Source: Candidatus Zambryskibacteria bacterium RIFCSPLOWO2_02_FULL_51_21 (GTDB lineage: Bacteria > Patescibacteriota > Minisyncoccia > Phycocordibacterales > Zambryskibacteraceae). From it: a stretch of 64,000 nt of DNA. A program made the position numbers and the translations under genes. Shown here one piece after another: positions 46,377 to 56,768 of the stretch. Where the stretch lies: positions 205,446-269,445 of the forward strand of contig MHWQ01000002.1 of the NCBI GenBank assembly GCA_001824255.1, in the 5' to 3' direction. The notes under the pieces are model-generated. The model searched no databases, was not told the DNA's origin, and worked only from the letters and a program-made list of their open reading frames with translations. Position 1 is the first letter of the stretch. Every line of letters begins with the position of its first letter.

Positions 46377-47279
46377 CTATCCGTTTCGGCTGAGGACAAG
46401 ACTTATGCAATGGTCCACGAAGTCATGCGGCTTAATACCGGTTGAGAGAAGCGAGTCATACAGGCGCGAATCTTCGTGCAGAACCGGCTGAGAATCTGTT
46501 TCGAGGATATAAATTTTACCTCTCGGCGTGATAATGAAATCCGAACTCGAATAGTGCCTTAGACCAAGCGCTTCGTGCGCTCGCTTGCTTATCTCGATAA
46601 TCTTCGCGTTTTCTTCCTGAGTGGTATTGCCGTATGGAATCAGGGCATAAGTCTTCTCCCCCCTCAGACCCTCGACCACTCCGCAGGTCGCTTCCCTGCC
46701 CTGTACGAATTCCTCGACCAGAACTTTTCTCGAATGAGAGAAAGCGTTCTTTATCGCCTCTTTGAGTTCGATGATACCGTGTGCCAGACGGACACCGACG
46801 GAGGAACCGGCGGAAGCGGGCTTCACTATAACCGGATGGATGTAATTCCTCACCACATAAACCAGTTTTTCTTCCGTTAAGGTCTCGGGGGTAAAGAGCT
46901 CATGCCGCGGCATGAGAAGTCCGGCATTCTGGTAAGCGAGCTTGGCGACCTCCTTGTCGTAAGCGCGAGCCGAGGCGTGCATACCGGAGCCGGTGTAAGG
47001 AATTTTCAGATTCTCGAGCTGTTTCTGCACTTGTCCGTCCTCGCCATAGTGTCCGTGCATGGCATTCCAGACCACATCGGCGTCTCCCAGAGCTTCGTAA
47101 GGCTCGCGCACGATGCCGTCGCGATGCCATTCGCCGTCTTTTGATATGAAAATATCCACCGGCTCGTATCTACCCTCCCATTTGCGGAGAAGCGAGAGGA
47201 TATTTGCACCGGTTTTGAGTGACACGTCGTACTCGGGCGAAGGACCGCCCCGGAGAACCGCGACTCTGATGCTCGACAT
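46377..47279 (-). CDS. ddl: D-alanine--D-alanine ligase
   Basis: ATP-grasp Ddl; N-terminal VAVLRGGPSPEYDVSL. Confidence 0.85.
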   Translation of the reverse strand: MSSIRVAVLRGGPSPEYDVSLKTGANILSLLRKWEGRYEPVDIFISKDGEWHRDGIVREPYEALGDADVVWNAMHGHYGEDGQVQKQLENLKIPYTGSGMHASARAYDKEVAKLAYQNAGLLMPRHELFTPETLTEEKLVYVVRNYIHPVIVKPASAGSSVGVRLAHGIIELKEAIKNAFSHSRKVLVEEFVQGREATCGVVEGLRGEKTYALIPYGNTTQEENAKIIEISKRAHEALGLRHYSSSDFIITPRGKIYILETDSQPVLHEDSRLYDSLLSTGIKPHDFVDHCISLVLSRNG

Positions 47280-47291
47280 ACTAATATTATA

Positions 47292-48491
47292 TCAAATCCT
47301 GAATCCTTTGTTCCTCAAAAGACGGTGATAATTTATGGCGAAGCGGTGCGCTTCGGAGTTCGCTAGGAGAATCTCTTTTTCTTTTGTTTCTTGCTTCTTG
47401 ATTCTTGCTTCTTGCCAAAGTATGGCTCTGGCCCTATGCCTTTCATCCTTCACTACAGACACAACCCCAATCATTTCGAGGCCCATCTTGTCGAGTTCGG
47501 AGCGGGCGGCATTGAGTTGCCCCTTGCCGCCGTCCACCACAACCAGGTTCGGGAAACGCCATTCCGGATGGCCGAATCGCCTGGAGATTATTTCCCTGAG
47601 ATTCTTCGTATCATCGTTCTTATCCTCACGAATTTTGAACTTCCTATACTGGCTCTTGTTCACTTCCCCATCCTCAACGACAGTCATTACTCCCACGGCA
47701 TTTGTGCCGGAAATATGCGCAATGTCGTATGCCTCAATACGAAAACTGGGTGTTAAGGACTTGGTGCTAGGTGCTAGGTCTTGCTTTATTAACACAACAT
47801 CATGAATATGCTGTAGGGCAAAAATCTGCCTTTTCGCAATCTCTGCGTTCTCGAACTCATGCTTTTTCGCATAAGATTTCATTTCCCTCTCGAGAGATTT
47901 TATGAGAGTTTCCTTCTTGCCTTCAAAAAATAATTTTATCTTTCTGATTTGCTTCCGGTAGTCAGTCTTCGAAATCTTGCCGGCACACGGGCCGGGACAG
48001 AGGCCGATCTGCGCGTTGAAACAAGGTTTGCCCGAGAGTTTGCACCTGTCATCGCGATACGGGAAAATTTTCCGAATAATTTTCAAAGCTTCCTTCAATT
48101 CTCCAGAATGCGGAAATGGGCCGTACGTGCCCGAGCCTCTTGTGATTACCACTTTCGGAAACTCCTCTCTCGTAACTGTAACGAAGTTGTAGCTCTTGTC
48201 ATCCTTCTCGCGCGAGTTGTATATGGGCTGATGCTTCTTAATCTCATTGGCTTCGAGAATTAAAGCTTCCAGTACTGAATCAGTCTGCGCATACTCGACT
48301 GATTCTGCTTCTTCGAGCATCTTCACTATTTTCGGCCCGCGGGATAGGAAAATATCTTTCGAAAAATAGCTCCTCACCCTGTCGGCAAGCGAAGTGGCCT
48401 TGCCGATATACAGAATCCCCTTCCCCTTCTTGAAGAAATAGACCCCGGGCGCATCAGGGAGATTGAACTTTTTTAGCTCTTGACTTTTCAT
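47292..48491 (-). CDS. uvrC: Excinuclease ABC subunit C, short form (GIY-YIG, Cys-rich/UvrB-binding, RNase H-like endonuclease domain; no C-terminal HhH)
   Basis: GIY-YIG (GVYFFK...ILYIGKA), only 399 aa. Confidence 0.8.
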   Translation of the reverse strand: MKSQELKKFNLPDAPGVYFFKKGKGILYIGKATSLADRVRSYFSKDIFLSRGPKIVKMLEEAESVEYAQTDSVLEALILEANEIKKHQPIYNSREKDDKSYNFVTVTREEFPKVVITRGSGTYGPFPHSGELKEALKIIRKIFPYRDDRCKLSGKPCFNAQIGLCPGPCAGKISKTDYRKQIRKIKLFFEGKKETLIKSLEREMKSYAKKHEFENAEIAKRQIFALQHIHDVVLIKQDLAPSTKSLTPSFRIEAYDIAHISGTNAVGVMTVVEDGEVNKSQYRKFKIREDKNDDTKNLREIISRRFGHPEWRFPNLVVVDGGKGQLNAARSELDKMGLEMIGVVSVVKDERHRARAILWQEARIKKQETKEKEILLANSEAHRFAINYHRLLRNKGFRI

Positions 48492-48524
48492 TTTATAGTT
48501 GTATTATAGTACTTGGAGGTTTCC

Positions 48525-48743
48525 ATGTTCATAACTGTAGACATTCTGTACCTGAAGAACAAGAAAACGGTTCCTGCCCCCGCCGGCTTCCCGAGCCAGG
48601 TGACGGTCGAGCTGGCGGATGCCAGACAGCTCACAGACAAGGTGGTCGAGGAAGCGGTGTGCCGCCGCCTCGCCTACCACAACATCACCGCCCGGCAGGG
48701 AGTTGGAGCGGTGGAATTCGGGTACATCCCCGTAGACCGCTAG
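48525..48743 (+). CDS. Small hypothetical protein (72 aa), GC3-rich, between uvrC and uvrA on opposite strand
   Basis: RBS GGAGGT 4 nt before ATG 48525, -10 TATAGT upstream, terminator downstream; ORF-track TTG start rejected. Confidence 0.45.
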   Translation: MFITVDILYLKNKKTVPAPAGFPSQVTVELADARQLTDKVVEEAVCRRLAYHNITARQGVGAVEFGYIPVDR

Positions 48744-48750
48744 TGCCCTC

Positions 48751-48789
48751 AAGGCCGCCCATGTTGGGCGGCCTTAATTTATTTCTTCC
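48751..48789. terminator. Terminator hairpin shared by small ORF (+) and uvrA (-)
   Basis: AAGGCCGCCC-AUGUU-GGGCGGCCUU followed by AAUUUAUUUCUUCC on + strand. Confidence 0.65.
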
Positions 48790-51331
48790 TCAGTGCCTTA
48801 CGCAGATACTTGCCCGTGTAAGTATCGGTATTGGCGACCTCTTCCGGCGTGCCTTCGGCCACCAGCTCGCCTCCGCCGTCACCCCCCTCCGGCCCGATGT
48901 CGAGGATGTAGTCGGCGGACTTGATGAAGTCGAGATTGTGCTCGATGACAATGACCGTATTGCCCTTATCCACAAGCTTCTGGAGAATCTCGATTAATTT
49001 CTTTACATCAGCATAGTGGAGACCGATTGTCGGCTCATCGAGAAGATAAATCGTTTTCTCGAGATGTGGGCGGTAAAGTTCCGAAGCAATCTTTACCCTC
49101 TGCGCTTCTCCGCCGGAAAGAGTCGTCGCCGATTGCCCCAGAGCAAGATAGCCGAGCCCCACGTCATTCATACTCTTCAATCTGTCATAAATGGCCGGAA
49201 TATCCTCGAAGAACTTGAGCGCCTCCTCGACCGTCATCTCAAGGACTTGGAAAATATTTTTGCCCTTATACTTCACTTCCAGAGTCTCTTTCATAAATCT
49301 CTTGCCGCCGCAGACATCGCAAGGCACATAGACGGTCGGTAGGAAATGCATCTCGACCTCTATCATGCCGTTCCCCTGGCAAGTCTCGCAGCGGCCGCCC
49401 TTCACGTTGAAGGAGAACCTGTTCGCCTTCCAGCCGCGGGCCCTGGCCTCGGCCGACTCGGCGAATAACTCGCGTATGAAAGTGAATGCACCTGTATAAG
49501 TGGCCGGGTTACTCCTCGGCGTGCGGCCTATGGGCGACTGGTCGATGAGAATGGAGCGGCCGAGATACTCCGACCCTTCAAATGATTGGCAGTTGTAAGT
49601 ATTGGCGTTCCTGTAACGGCGGTCGAGGCGGACCTCAAGATTCTTGTGCAAGATTTCATAGACGAAAGAGGATTTGCCCGAACCGGAGACTCCCGTGACC
49701 GCTATGAGCCGGTGGAGCGGGACATCAACGTTCAAATGTTTGATGTTGAAAATCTTGCCGCCGCGAATTCTTATAACTCCCCTCTCACTTTCTCTCCTCT
49801 TCTCGGGCTTCTCTATTTTCTCTTCGCCACGAAGATAAGAGAGGGTGAGAGAACCGGATTTATTCTTGGGGCTGGTGAGAAGTTCGTCGAGGTCTCCTGA
49901 CACAACCACTTCTCCGCCGTGCACTCCCGCGCCGGGACCGATATCCACTATGTAGTCGGATGAGTAAATAGTTTCTTCGTCATGCTCGACTATGAGAATG
50001 GTGTTGCCGAGGTCTCGCAAATTTATAAGCGTCTTGATAAGGCGCTCGTTGTCGCGGGCGTGAAGCCCGATAGTCGGCTCATCGAGCACATAGAGCGCGC
50101 CGACAAGGCCGGAGCCAAGCTGGGAGGCGAGGCGTATGCGCTGCGCCTCGCCGCCGGAGAGCGTGTGCGCCCGGCGGTCAAGCGAGAGATATTCGATACC
50201 GACGTTTAACATGAAGGAGAGACGTGCTTCAATCTCCTTGGTCACCACCTTTGAAATATTTTTCTCGCGGACCGTCAGCTTCAACTTCTTGAAGAATTCG
50301 TCACAATCTTTGATAGACATCTTCGTCAGTTCAAGAATATTCTTGCCGCCGATTAAAACATGGAGGGCTTCCTTCCTAAGCCTGGCTCCGCCGCAATCTT
50401 CACAGGGTTCAGAGCCAAATAAATATTTTGTCCCCAAACCATTACAAGTCGGGCAGGCGCCGTAAGGCGAGTTGAAGGAGAAAAGGCGCGGCTCGATTTC
50501 TGGGAAGGAGAAGCCGTCCTTTGGGCAAGCCCACTTGGCGGAGAGTAAATGTTCTTCGGAGCCGAGGCGGAGCACCAGAAGCCCGTCGGATTCGTGTATC
50601 GCCTTCTCTATCGCCTCGCTTAGCCTCTCGCCGGAGCTCTTCTCGTCGAATTTAAACTCTTTCGGATTGATGAAGTCGACCAGGACAGAAATTTCGTGCT
50701 TCTTGGTCTTGGTGAGCTCGATTCGCTCCCTTAGAGACTTCTTCTTGCCGTCCACCATGACGGTGGTATAGCCCTTACCGAGCAAATCATACAGCAGCTG
50801 GTAATATTCCCCCTTCCGCCCGCGGACGATGGGGCTCCATATCTCGACGTCTGCCGAGGATTTCGCTACTTTCTCCAGCACGAAGTTCTTTATCTCTTCA
50901 TTCGACAATTTTTTAATCTCGGTGCCACAAACCAGGCAGTGCGGGTGACCGACGCGCGCGTACAAAATTCTCAAATAATCATAAATCTCGGTAATGGTCG
51001 CTACCGTCGATCGCGGATTGTTGGAGCGACTTTTCTGGTCTATGGAAATGGCGGGTGAAAGGCCGATAATCTCGTCCACATCCGGCTTCTGCATCTGGCG
51101 CAGGAACTGTCGCGCGTAGGAAGAAAGCGATTCCACATAGCGCCTCTGCCCCTCTGCGAAAATGGTGTCGAAGGCAAGCGATGATTTGCCGGAACCAGAG
51201 AGGCCGGTGAAGACAATCATCTTGTTCCGCGGCATCTCAACCGTAATATTCTTAAGGTTATGGGTGCGGGCACCTTTTACAATGATTTTGTCGCCCGGAG
51301 CTACCGATGTTTTGGTCTTTTTCTCTGACAT
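48779..51331 (-). CDS. uvrA: Excinuclease ABC subunit A
   Basis: Two ABC ATPase modules with Walker [10 protein letters not shown] / GVSGSGKSS, zinc-finger Cys clusters; 850 aa. Confidence 0.9.
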   Translation of the reverse strand: MSEKKTKTSVAPGDKIIVKGARTHNLKNITVEMPRNKMIVFTGLSGSGKSSLAFDTIFAEGQRRYVESLSSYARQFLRQMQKPDVDEIIGLSPAISIDQKSRSNNPRSTVATITEIYDYLRILYARVGHPHCLVCGTEIKKLSNEEIKNFVLEKVAKSSADVEIWSPIVRGRKGEYYQLLYDLLGKGYTTVMVDGKKKSLRERIELTKTKKHEISVLVDFINPKEFKFDEKSSGERLSEAIEKAIHESDGLLVLRLGSEEHLLSAKWACPKDGFSFPEIEPRLFSFNSPYGACPTCNGLGTKYLFGSEPCEDCGGARLRKEALHVLIGGKNILELTKMSIKDCDEFFKKLKLTVREKNISKVVTKEIEARLSFMLNVGIEYLSLDRRAHTLSGGEAQRIRLASQLGSGLVGALYVLDEPTIGLHARDNERLIKTLINLRDLGNTILIVEHDEETIYSSDYIVDIGPGAGVHGGEVVVSGDLDELLTSPKNKSGSLTLSYLRGEEKIEKPEKRRESERGVIRIRGGKIFNIKHLNVDVPLHRLIAVTGVSGSGKSSFVYEILHKNLEVRLDRRYRNANTYNCQSFEGSEYLGRSILIDQSPIGRTPRSNPATYTGAFTFIRELFAESAEARARGWKANRFSFNVKGGRCETCQGNGMIEVEMHFLPTVYVPCDVCGGKRFMKETLEVKYKGKNIFQVLEMTVEEALKFFEDIPAIYDRLKSMNDVGLGYLALGQSATTLSGGEAQRVKIASELYRPHLEKTIYLLDEPTIGLHYADVKKLIEILQKLVDKGNTVIVIEHNLDFIKSADYILDIGPEGGDGGGELVAEGTPEEVANTDTYTGKYLRKALRKK

Positions 51332-51393
51332 ATAGCAATTCGCCCATGGGCTGGCCCATAGGGGTATAACGGAACAATCCTAACATATCCATC

Positions 51394-51972
51394 TTACTTT
51401 TTCTCGCGCTCAAACCTGAGCACACTACCTGTAAAGTTCTTACCTGAGTCCTCAAAGCAGACTTCATAATCAACAGAATATTTTTCTGCTTCAGGAATAT
51501 GATTCTTTTTTATAAACCGGAATTCTCGAATCAGTCCCGTTGATTTCTTGAGAGGACAATCCTTAAGATGTTCCACGAGGTATTTTGCAAACATGAGCCA
51601 AGGAGGAATATTTGTTATATCGGAAGGAAGCCCAAACTGCTCAAGCATATTGTAGAGATTCCCCCTTAGATCTCCAAGAGAGAAGAACTGGTGATTGAAA
51701 TCTGAGTGATGAAATTTATCTTCAGGATGCTCAATGATAAATTTCTCCATTTCTTCCAGTGTTCCTCTGGCAAATTCCTTATTAGTGAGATTTGTGTGCA
51801 CAGCCCAATTGCACCAATGTTTAACTCTATCCCATTCAGGAAGACTGCTTCCATTTTCTTCTTCCATTTTATCTACCAGTCTTCTCAACTCGACCATTAT
51901 GTACACGACTCGCTCTTTTTCGATTGGTTTTTGTAAGGCTGACCTTAAGTTTTCTATTATTTCTTGTCTCAT
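51394..51972 (-). CDS. Hypothetical protein (192 aa), AT-rich (about 38% GC), start overlaps uvrB stop (TAATG)
   Basis: ORF track; strong compositional contrast with flanking uvrA/uvrB; His/Cys/Trp-containing, no recognisable domain. Confidence 0.6.
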   Translation of the reverse strand: MRQEIIENLRSALQKPIEKERVVYIMVELRRLVDKMEEENGSSLPEWDRVKHWCNWAVHTNLTNKEFARGTLEEMEKFIIEHPEDKFHHSDFNHQFFSLGDLRGNLYNMLEQFGLPSDITNIPPWLMFAKYLVEHLKDCPLKKSTGLIREFRFIKKNHIPEAEKYSVDYEVCFEDSGKNFTGSVLRFEREKK

Positions 51973-53996
51973 TATTTCTTCTTGGGTAATCTGGCTTCCA
52001 ATGCCCTAATCTCATCTCTGATAATAGCGGCGGATTCGAAGTCGAGGTTTTTGACGGCTTCTTCCATCTCCTTCATCTTCTGCTTGATGACTTTCTTCGG
52101 CGACTTCTTGAAGAGCGCGGCGTCGGTTTCAAGAAGCATATCGACGGCATGGTGATGCTCGCGCTCGAGCGTGTCGGTGATGTCCTTAATCTTCTTCACA
52201 ATGGTCTTGGGCGTTATGCCATGCTTGGTGTTGTAGGCAGTCTGAAGCTTCCTCCGGCGGGCGGTCTCATCTATGGCGTACTTCATCGAGCCCGTGACTG
52301 AGTCGGCGTAGAGGATAACTCGGCCAAGAACGTTCCTCGCCGCCCGGCCGATAATCTGGATGAGCGAAGTCTCGCTCCGCAAAAAACCTTCTTTATCAGC
52401 ATCGAGAATACCGATAAGGGTTATTTCGGGAAGGTCTATACCTTCCCTCAATAGATTCACTCCCACGATGCAGTCGAACTCGCCCTTGCGCAGACGGGTC
52501 AGTATCTCTATGCGCTCGATGGTCTTGATATCGCTGTGCAAGTATTCCGCCTTTATCCCCTTCTCTTTCAAATATTCACTCAAGTCCTCGGCCATCTTTT
52601 TGGTCAGCGTTGTCGCCATGACCCGGCCGCCCTTCCCTATCGCCTTCTCCGCTTCGGCGATGAAGTCTTGCACCTGGCCAGGATAAGACCCTTTTTGAAG
52701 TATCGGCTTCACCGATACTTCTGGGTCTATGAGGCCTGTCGGGCGGATAATCTGCTCGACCACCTTCTCACTCACCTCTTTCTCATACTTGGCCGGCGTG
52801 GCGCTCGTATATATGACCTGCCCCACGCGCTCGGAGAACTCTTCGAACTTCAAAGGCCGGTTGTCGCGGGCCGAAGGCAGCCGGAAGCCGTGCTCGATGA
52901 GCGTGTTCTTCCTCGACCTGTCTCCCGCGAACATGCCCCCAATCTGCGGCACGGTGACGTGGCTCTCGTCGATAATAGTCAAGAAACCTGCCTCGCCGGT
53001 AGGCAGGTCTTTAGGAAAATAATCCAGAAGCGTGTAAGGCGCTTCGCCCACCTTCTTCCCGGTAAAATGTCTCGAATAATTCTCGATGCCGTTGGTGTAG
53101 CCGACTTCGCGAAGCATGGCGAGGTCATAGGAGGTGCGGCGCTTCAGGCGCTCGGCTTCGAGCACTTTGCCGTCCTTCTTTAATTCCTCGAGCCGGTCTT
53201 CAAGCTCGCTCTTGATGCTTTCGAGTGCGCGCTTGTTGGCATCGTCCGCAGTGATGAAGTGCTTGGCCGGGAAGAGGAAAAAGACTTCCGGCTCGGAGAT
53301 TATCGTCCGCGAGACTGCGTCTATCTTTTGTATCTTCTCTACCCTCTCGCCTTTAAACTCGACCCTGTATATGACCCGCTCTGAGATGGGCATGATTTCG
53401 ACCGCGTTACCCAGAGCGCGGAACACACCCGGCTTCACGTCCGCGTTGGTGCGTTTGTAATGGATATCGATGAGATTCCTGACAAGATCTCCCCTGGAGA
53501 TCTTGTCCCCGTTCGAAAGTTTCAGATTTACCTTTTCATATTCCTCCGGGTCGCCCAAACCATAGATGCAAGAGACGGAGGCGACGATAATGACGTCCTT
53601 CCTCGTGAGCAGGGCTTGGGTCGAGGCGTGGCGCAGGCGCTCAATCTCTTCGTTAATCATCGCCTCCTTCTCGATGTAAGTATCCGTCACCGGCAGATAC
53701 GCTTCCGGCTGGTAGAAGTCATAATAGGAAACGAAGTAGTGCACGGCGTTGTCCGGGAAAAATTCCCGGTACTCCTGCGCGAGTTGGGCAGCCAGGGTCT
53801 TGTTGTGCGCGATGACAAGCGTGGGCTTCCCAATTTTCTCTATGACATTGGCGACGGTGAAGGTTTTGCCGGAACCGGTCACGCCAAGCAAGGTTTGATG
53901 TCTCAAACCTTGCTTAATACCTGCCACCAGCTCCTTTATGGCCTGAGGCTGGTCGCCGGCCGGCTTGAAATCGTTCTTTATCTTAAAGGCGGTCAT
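51972..53996 (-). CDS. uvrB: Excinuclease ABC subunit B
   Basis: Helicase motifs GVTGSGKT, DESH, C-terminal UVR domain. Confidence 0.9.
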   Translation of the reverse strand: MTAFKIKNDFKPAGDQPQAIKELVAGIKQGLRHQTLLGVTGSGKTFTVANVIEKIGKPTLVIAHNKTLAAQLAQEYREFFPDNAVHYFVSYYDFYQPEAYLPVTDTYIEKEAMINEEIERLRHASTQALLTRKDVIIVASVSCIYGLGDPEEYEKVNLKLSNGDKISRGDLVRNLIDIHYKRTNADVKPGVFRALGNAVEIMPISERVIYRVEFKGERVEKIQKIDAVSRTIISEPEVFFLFPAKHFITADDANKRALESIKSELEDRLEELKKDGKVLEAERLKRRTSYDLAMLREVGYTNGIENYSRHFTGKKVGEAPYTLLDYFPKDLPTGEAGFLTIIDESHVTVPQIGGMFAGDRSRKNTLIEHGFRLPSARDNRPLKFEEFSERVGQVIYTSATPAKYEKEVSEKVVEQIIRPTGLIDPEVSVKPILQKGSYPGQVQDFIAEAEKAIGKGGRVMATTLTKKMAEDLSEYLKEKGIKAEYLHSDIKTIERIEILTRLRKGEFDCIVGVNLLREGIDLPEITLIGILDADKEGFLRSETSLIQIIGRAARNVLGRVILYADSVTGSMKYAIDETARRRKLQTAYNTKHGITPKTIVKKIKDITDTLEREHHHAVDMLLETDAALFKKSPKKVIKQKMKEMEEAVKNLDFESAAIIRDEIRALEARLPKKK

Positions 53997-54040
53997 TTCG
54001 GGGCTATATTACAACATTTTTTAAGCTATGCCAAATCATG

Positions 54041-54069
54041 CTTGACAAATATACTATAGTATGCTAAGA
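54041..54069 (+). promoter_or_regulatory. Promoter TTGACA-N17-TAAGAT with extended -10 (TGCTAAGATAGTA)
   Basis: TTGACA 54041-54046, TAAGAT 54064-54069; 13 nt identical to promoter at 37787-37799. Confidence 0.55.
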
Positions 54070-54099
54070 TAGTACAAGACTCCCCCAGGAGACGGGACA

Positions 54100-54243
54100 T
54101 GAAGAGCATCGCGGGACTTCTCGGATTTCTGGTGTTCATGGTCATCATGGTCGTACTTGCCGGCAACTGGATCGAGGCAAGAAAGGCCGCGATGAGCAAG
54201 TGCACCGACACCCGAGCCCAGCTCGGACTCTGCGTGAAGTAAG
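54100..54243 (+). CDS. Small membrane protein (47 aa; below ORF-track cut-off)
   Basis: Manual translation MKSIAGLLGFLVFMVIMVVLAGNWIEARKAAMSKCTDTRAQLGLCVK; RBS AGGAGA, promoter upstream, strong terminator downstream; GC3-rich. Confidence 0.45.
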
Positions 54244-54245
54244 AC

Positions 54246-54280
54246 GAAGGCGGCCTCATCGGAGGCCGCCTTTTTGTTTG
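54246..54280 (+). terminator. Rho-independent terminator
   Basis: AAGGCGGCCUC-AUCG-GAGGCCGCCUU then UUUUGUUUGG. Confidence 0.75.
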
Positions 54281-54293
54281 GCAGGGTGCACAG

Positions 54294-54476
54294 TCAGATG
54301 CGACGGTCGGTGTAGCCGTGCGGATTGCGGACGAAATACGGTCCGCGTTCGCTCCGGGTTTTCTCTGAATCCGGGTGGCCGAGGCCGTAGCGCTCGGCGA
54401 GGTCGTCGTCATTGGGTTCTGGGCCAACGGCGTCGTGCTGCGGCTTCTCTTCATCAGACCGGGTCTTCTCACTCAT
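54294..54476 (-). CDS. Small acidic hypothetical protein (60 aa)
   Basis: RBS AGGGAGGG 5 nt before internal ATG of ORF 54294-54590. Confidence 0.4.
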   Translation of the reverse strand: MSEKTRSDEEKPQHDAVGPEPNDDDLAERYGLGHPDSEKTRSERGPYFVRNPHGYTDRRI

Positions 54477-54531
54477 ACACCCTCCCTGTTGCAGACAGAA
54501 CGAGATTTTGAAACGCCTTTGGATAAAGTTA

Positions 54532-55740
54532 CTACTCTTTCCGATACTTGGCAAGGAACTCATTTTTAAATTGTGGAAAGCGGTTTTCAAGAATAGCCCG
54601 CCTCATATTCTTTACCAGATTGATGATGAAGTAGAGATTGTGGATGGAACCAAGCGTGCCGCCAAGCATCTCGTGCGCGCGATAGAGATGGCAGAGATAC
54701 GCTCTCGAATAATTTTTGCAAACAGAGCACTCGCATTCTTCGTCCACCGGACCCTGGTCTTCTCGATACTCCGCGTTCTTGATATTTATTTTGCCTCTCG
54801 AAGTATAGAGCGTACCTCCCCTGCCATTCCGCGTGGGAGCAACACAGTCGAAGAGGTCCACCCCGTTCTCGACACCCATAAACAAATCTTCCGGCTCGCC
54901 GATACCCAGGAGATGTCTCGGTTTATCTTTCGGCAATATTTCATTGACCCATTTCACCGCCGTTTCCATGTCCTCCTTGGCGAAACTGCCGCCGATACCG
55001 AAACCGTCGAAATCGAGCGAACCGATAAACTCCGCCGAACGTCTGCGCAAAGACTCTTCGCGCCCGCCTTGGACAATACCAAACAAAGCTTGAAACTCGG
55101 CATTGGGCTTAGATTTGTGATAGTCGAGACTGCGTTGTGCCCATCTATGCGTCCTTTCTAAGGCTTCTTCCTGATACCTGTAACCCTCCGAGGGCGAGGT
55201 GCATTCGTCGAAGGCGAAAATAATGTCCGCGCCTAAGTTGTGCTGAATTTCGATACTCTTCTCCGGCGTAATGTAGTGGAGTGAGCCGTCGTGGTGGGAA
55301 CGGAAGGAGACGCCGTCCTGCCCGACGCGCGCCAAGCGCGGCGCCTCGCCGTCGAGCGAGCGCTCCACGAGAAGCTGGGAAGGGTCGGTAATCTTTGTGA
55401 TTTTCGACAATTCCTTGCCATACGCCGCGCCGAGGGAGAAGACCTGGAAGCCGCCTGAGTCCGTCATCATCGGCCCCTGCCAATTCATGAATTTATGAAG
55501 GCCTCCAAAATTTTTTACCCTCTCGTCTCCCGGTTCGAGATACAAGTGATAAGTGTTGGCAAGCACTACCTGCGCGCCCGTCTCTAAGATTTGCTCCGGC
55601 GTAAGCGCCTTAACGCTCGCTTTCGTCCCCACAGCCACAAACGTCGGTGTCTCTATGACTCCGTGCGGCGTCTCAATCTTCCCCGCCCTGCCCATCTGTC
55701 CGGGGATTTCTTTTTCTATTTCAAATTTAATCGGCGCCAC
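54532..55740 (-). CDS. tgt: Queuine tRNA-ribosyltransferase
   Basis: TIM-barrel TGT with zinc site CxCxxC...H (CECSVCKNYSRAYLCH). Confidence 0.9.
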   Translation of the reverse strand: MAPIKFEIEKEIPGQMGRAGKIETPHGVIETPTFVAVGTKASVKALTPEQILETGAQVVLANTYHLYLEPGDERVKNFGGLHKFMNWQGPMMTDSGGFQVFSLGAAYGKELSKITKITDPSQLLVERSLDGEAPRLARVGQDGVSFRSHHDGSLHYITPEKSIEIQHNLGADIIFAFDECTSPSEGYRYQEEALERTHRWAQRSLDYHKSKPNAEFQALFGIVQGGREESLRRRSAEFIGSLDFDGFGIGGSFAKEDMETAVKWVNEILPKDKPRHLLGIGEPEDLFMGVENGVDLFDCVAPTRNGRGGTLYTSRGKINIKNAEYREDQGPVDEECECSVCKNYSRAYLCHLYRAHEMLGGTLGSIHNLYFIINLVKNMRRAILENRFPQFKNEFLAKYRKE

Positions 55741-56744
55741 TAGCGTTTCGCGATTATGCTCTTTTTATAAGTATCCAAATGTTCGAGGGCAACACCGGTG
55801 CCCTTGGCCACGCAGAAGTAGGCGTCTTTGGCCATGACGGCTTTCACTCCAGTGCGGCGATACATAAGTTCCGGGAAATTACGAAGCTGTGAGGAACCGC
55901 CAGTCATGATGATTCCCCTATCGATGATATCCGATGCCAGTTCCGGCGGCGTCTCCTGCAAGACTTCCTTGACCGCCTTAATCATTTCTCGAAGTTCCTT
56001 CGAAATCGCTTTGACCACCTCATTGGTCTTGAGCTCTATAGTCCTCGGCAAACCGAGAATGAAGTCGCGGCCCTTGACCGACATGGTAAGCTCTTCGTCG
56101 AGAGGAATGGCGCTTCCAATTTTAATCTTCACATCCTCAGCCATCTTGTCGCCGATAATTAGATTGAAATTCTTCTTAAGGTAATCAGCGATGGCCGCAT
56201 CCATCTTGTTGCCGGCGACCTTCACGGAAGTGGAGGCGACGATGCCGCCGAGAGAGATGACAGCCACGTCGGTGGTGCCGCCGCCTATGTCCACAATCAT
56301 GTGTCCAGCCGCCTCCTGAATGGGTATGCCCGCACCAATGGCGGCAAGAATCGGCTCTTTGACCACATAGGCATTCTTGGCACCGGCTTTCATGGCCGCC
56401 TCCACGACGGCACGCCGCTCGGTAGAGGTAATACCCGCGGGTACGGAGATAAGCACATCAGGCTTCCAAATGTTCCACTTGCCGAGCGTCTTGTCGATGT
56501 AGTAGCGGAGCATCGCTTCCGTCACTCGGTAGTCGGCGATGACGCCGTCCTTCATCGGGCGGTAAGCGGAGATGCCTCCCGGAGTTCTACCTATCATTGT
56601 CTTGGCTTCGGAACCGATGGCGAGAATCTTGTTGTCGGACTCCGAGACCGCCACGACCGAAGGCTCGTTCAAAACAATACCCTTGCCTGGTACGAAGACC
56701 AGGATATTGGTGGTGCCGAGGTCGATGCCGAGTTTTTTCGCCAT
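55740..56744 (-). CDS. mreB: Rod shape-determining protein MreB
   Basis: Actin-like ATPase (GIDLGTTN...), 334 aa. Confidence 0.9.
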   Translation of the reverse strand: MAKKLGIDLGTTNILVFVPGKGIVLNEPSVVAVSESDNKILAIGSEAKTMIGRTPGGISAYRPMKDGVIADYRVTEAMLRYYIDKTLGKWNIWKPDVLISVPAGITSTERRAVVEAAMKAGAKNAYVVKEPILAAIGAGIPIQEAAGHMIVDIGGGTTDVAVISLGGIVASTSVKVAGNKMDAAIADYLKKNFNLIIGDKMAEDVKIKIGSAIPLDEELTMSVKGRDFILGLPRTIELKTNEVVKAISKELREMIKAVKEVLQETPPELASDIIDRGIIMTGGSSQLRNFPELMYRRTGVKAVMAKDAYFCVAKGTGVALEHLDTYKKSIIAKR

Positions 56745-56768
56745 TTGCCCACATGATACTATAACTAT

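Noticed and set aside
54026-54472. 148 aa minus-strand ORF covering promoter, small membrane gene and terminator at 54041-54280
   Set aside because: Thr/Ser/Ala/Arg-rich low-complexity translation antisense to well-signalled plus-strand elements.
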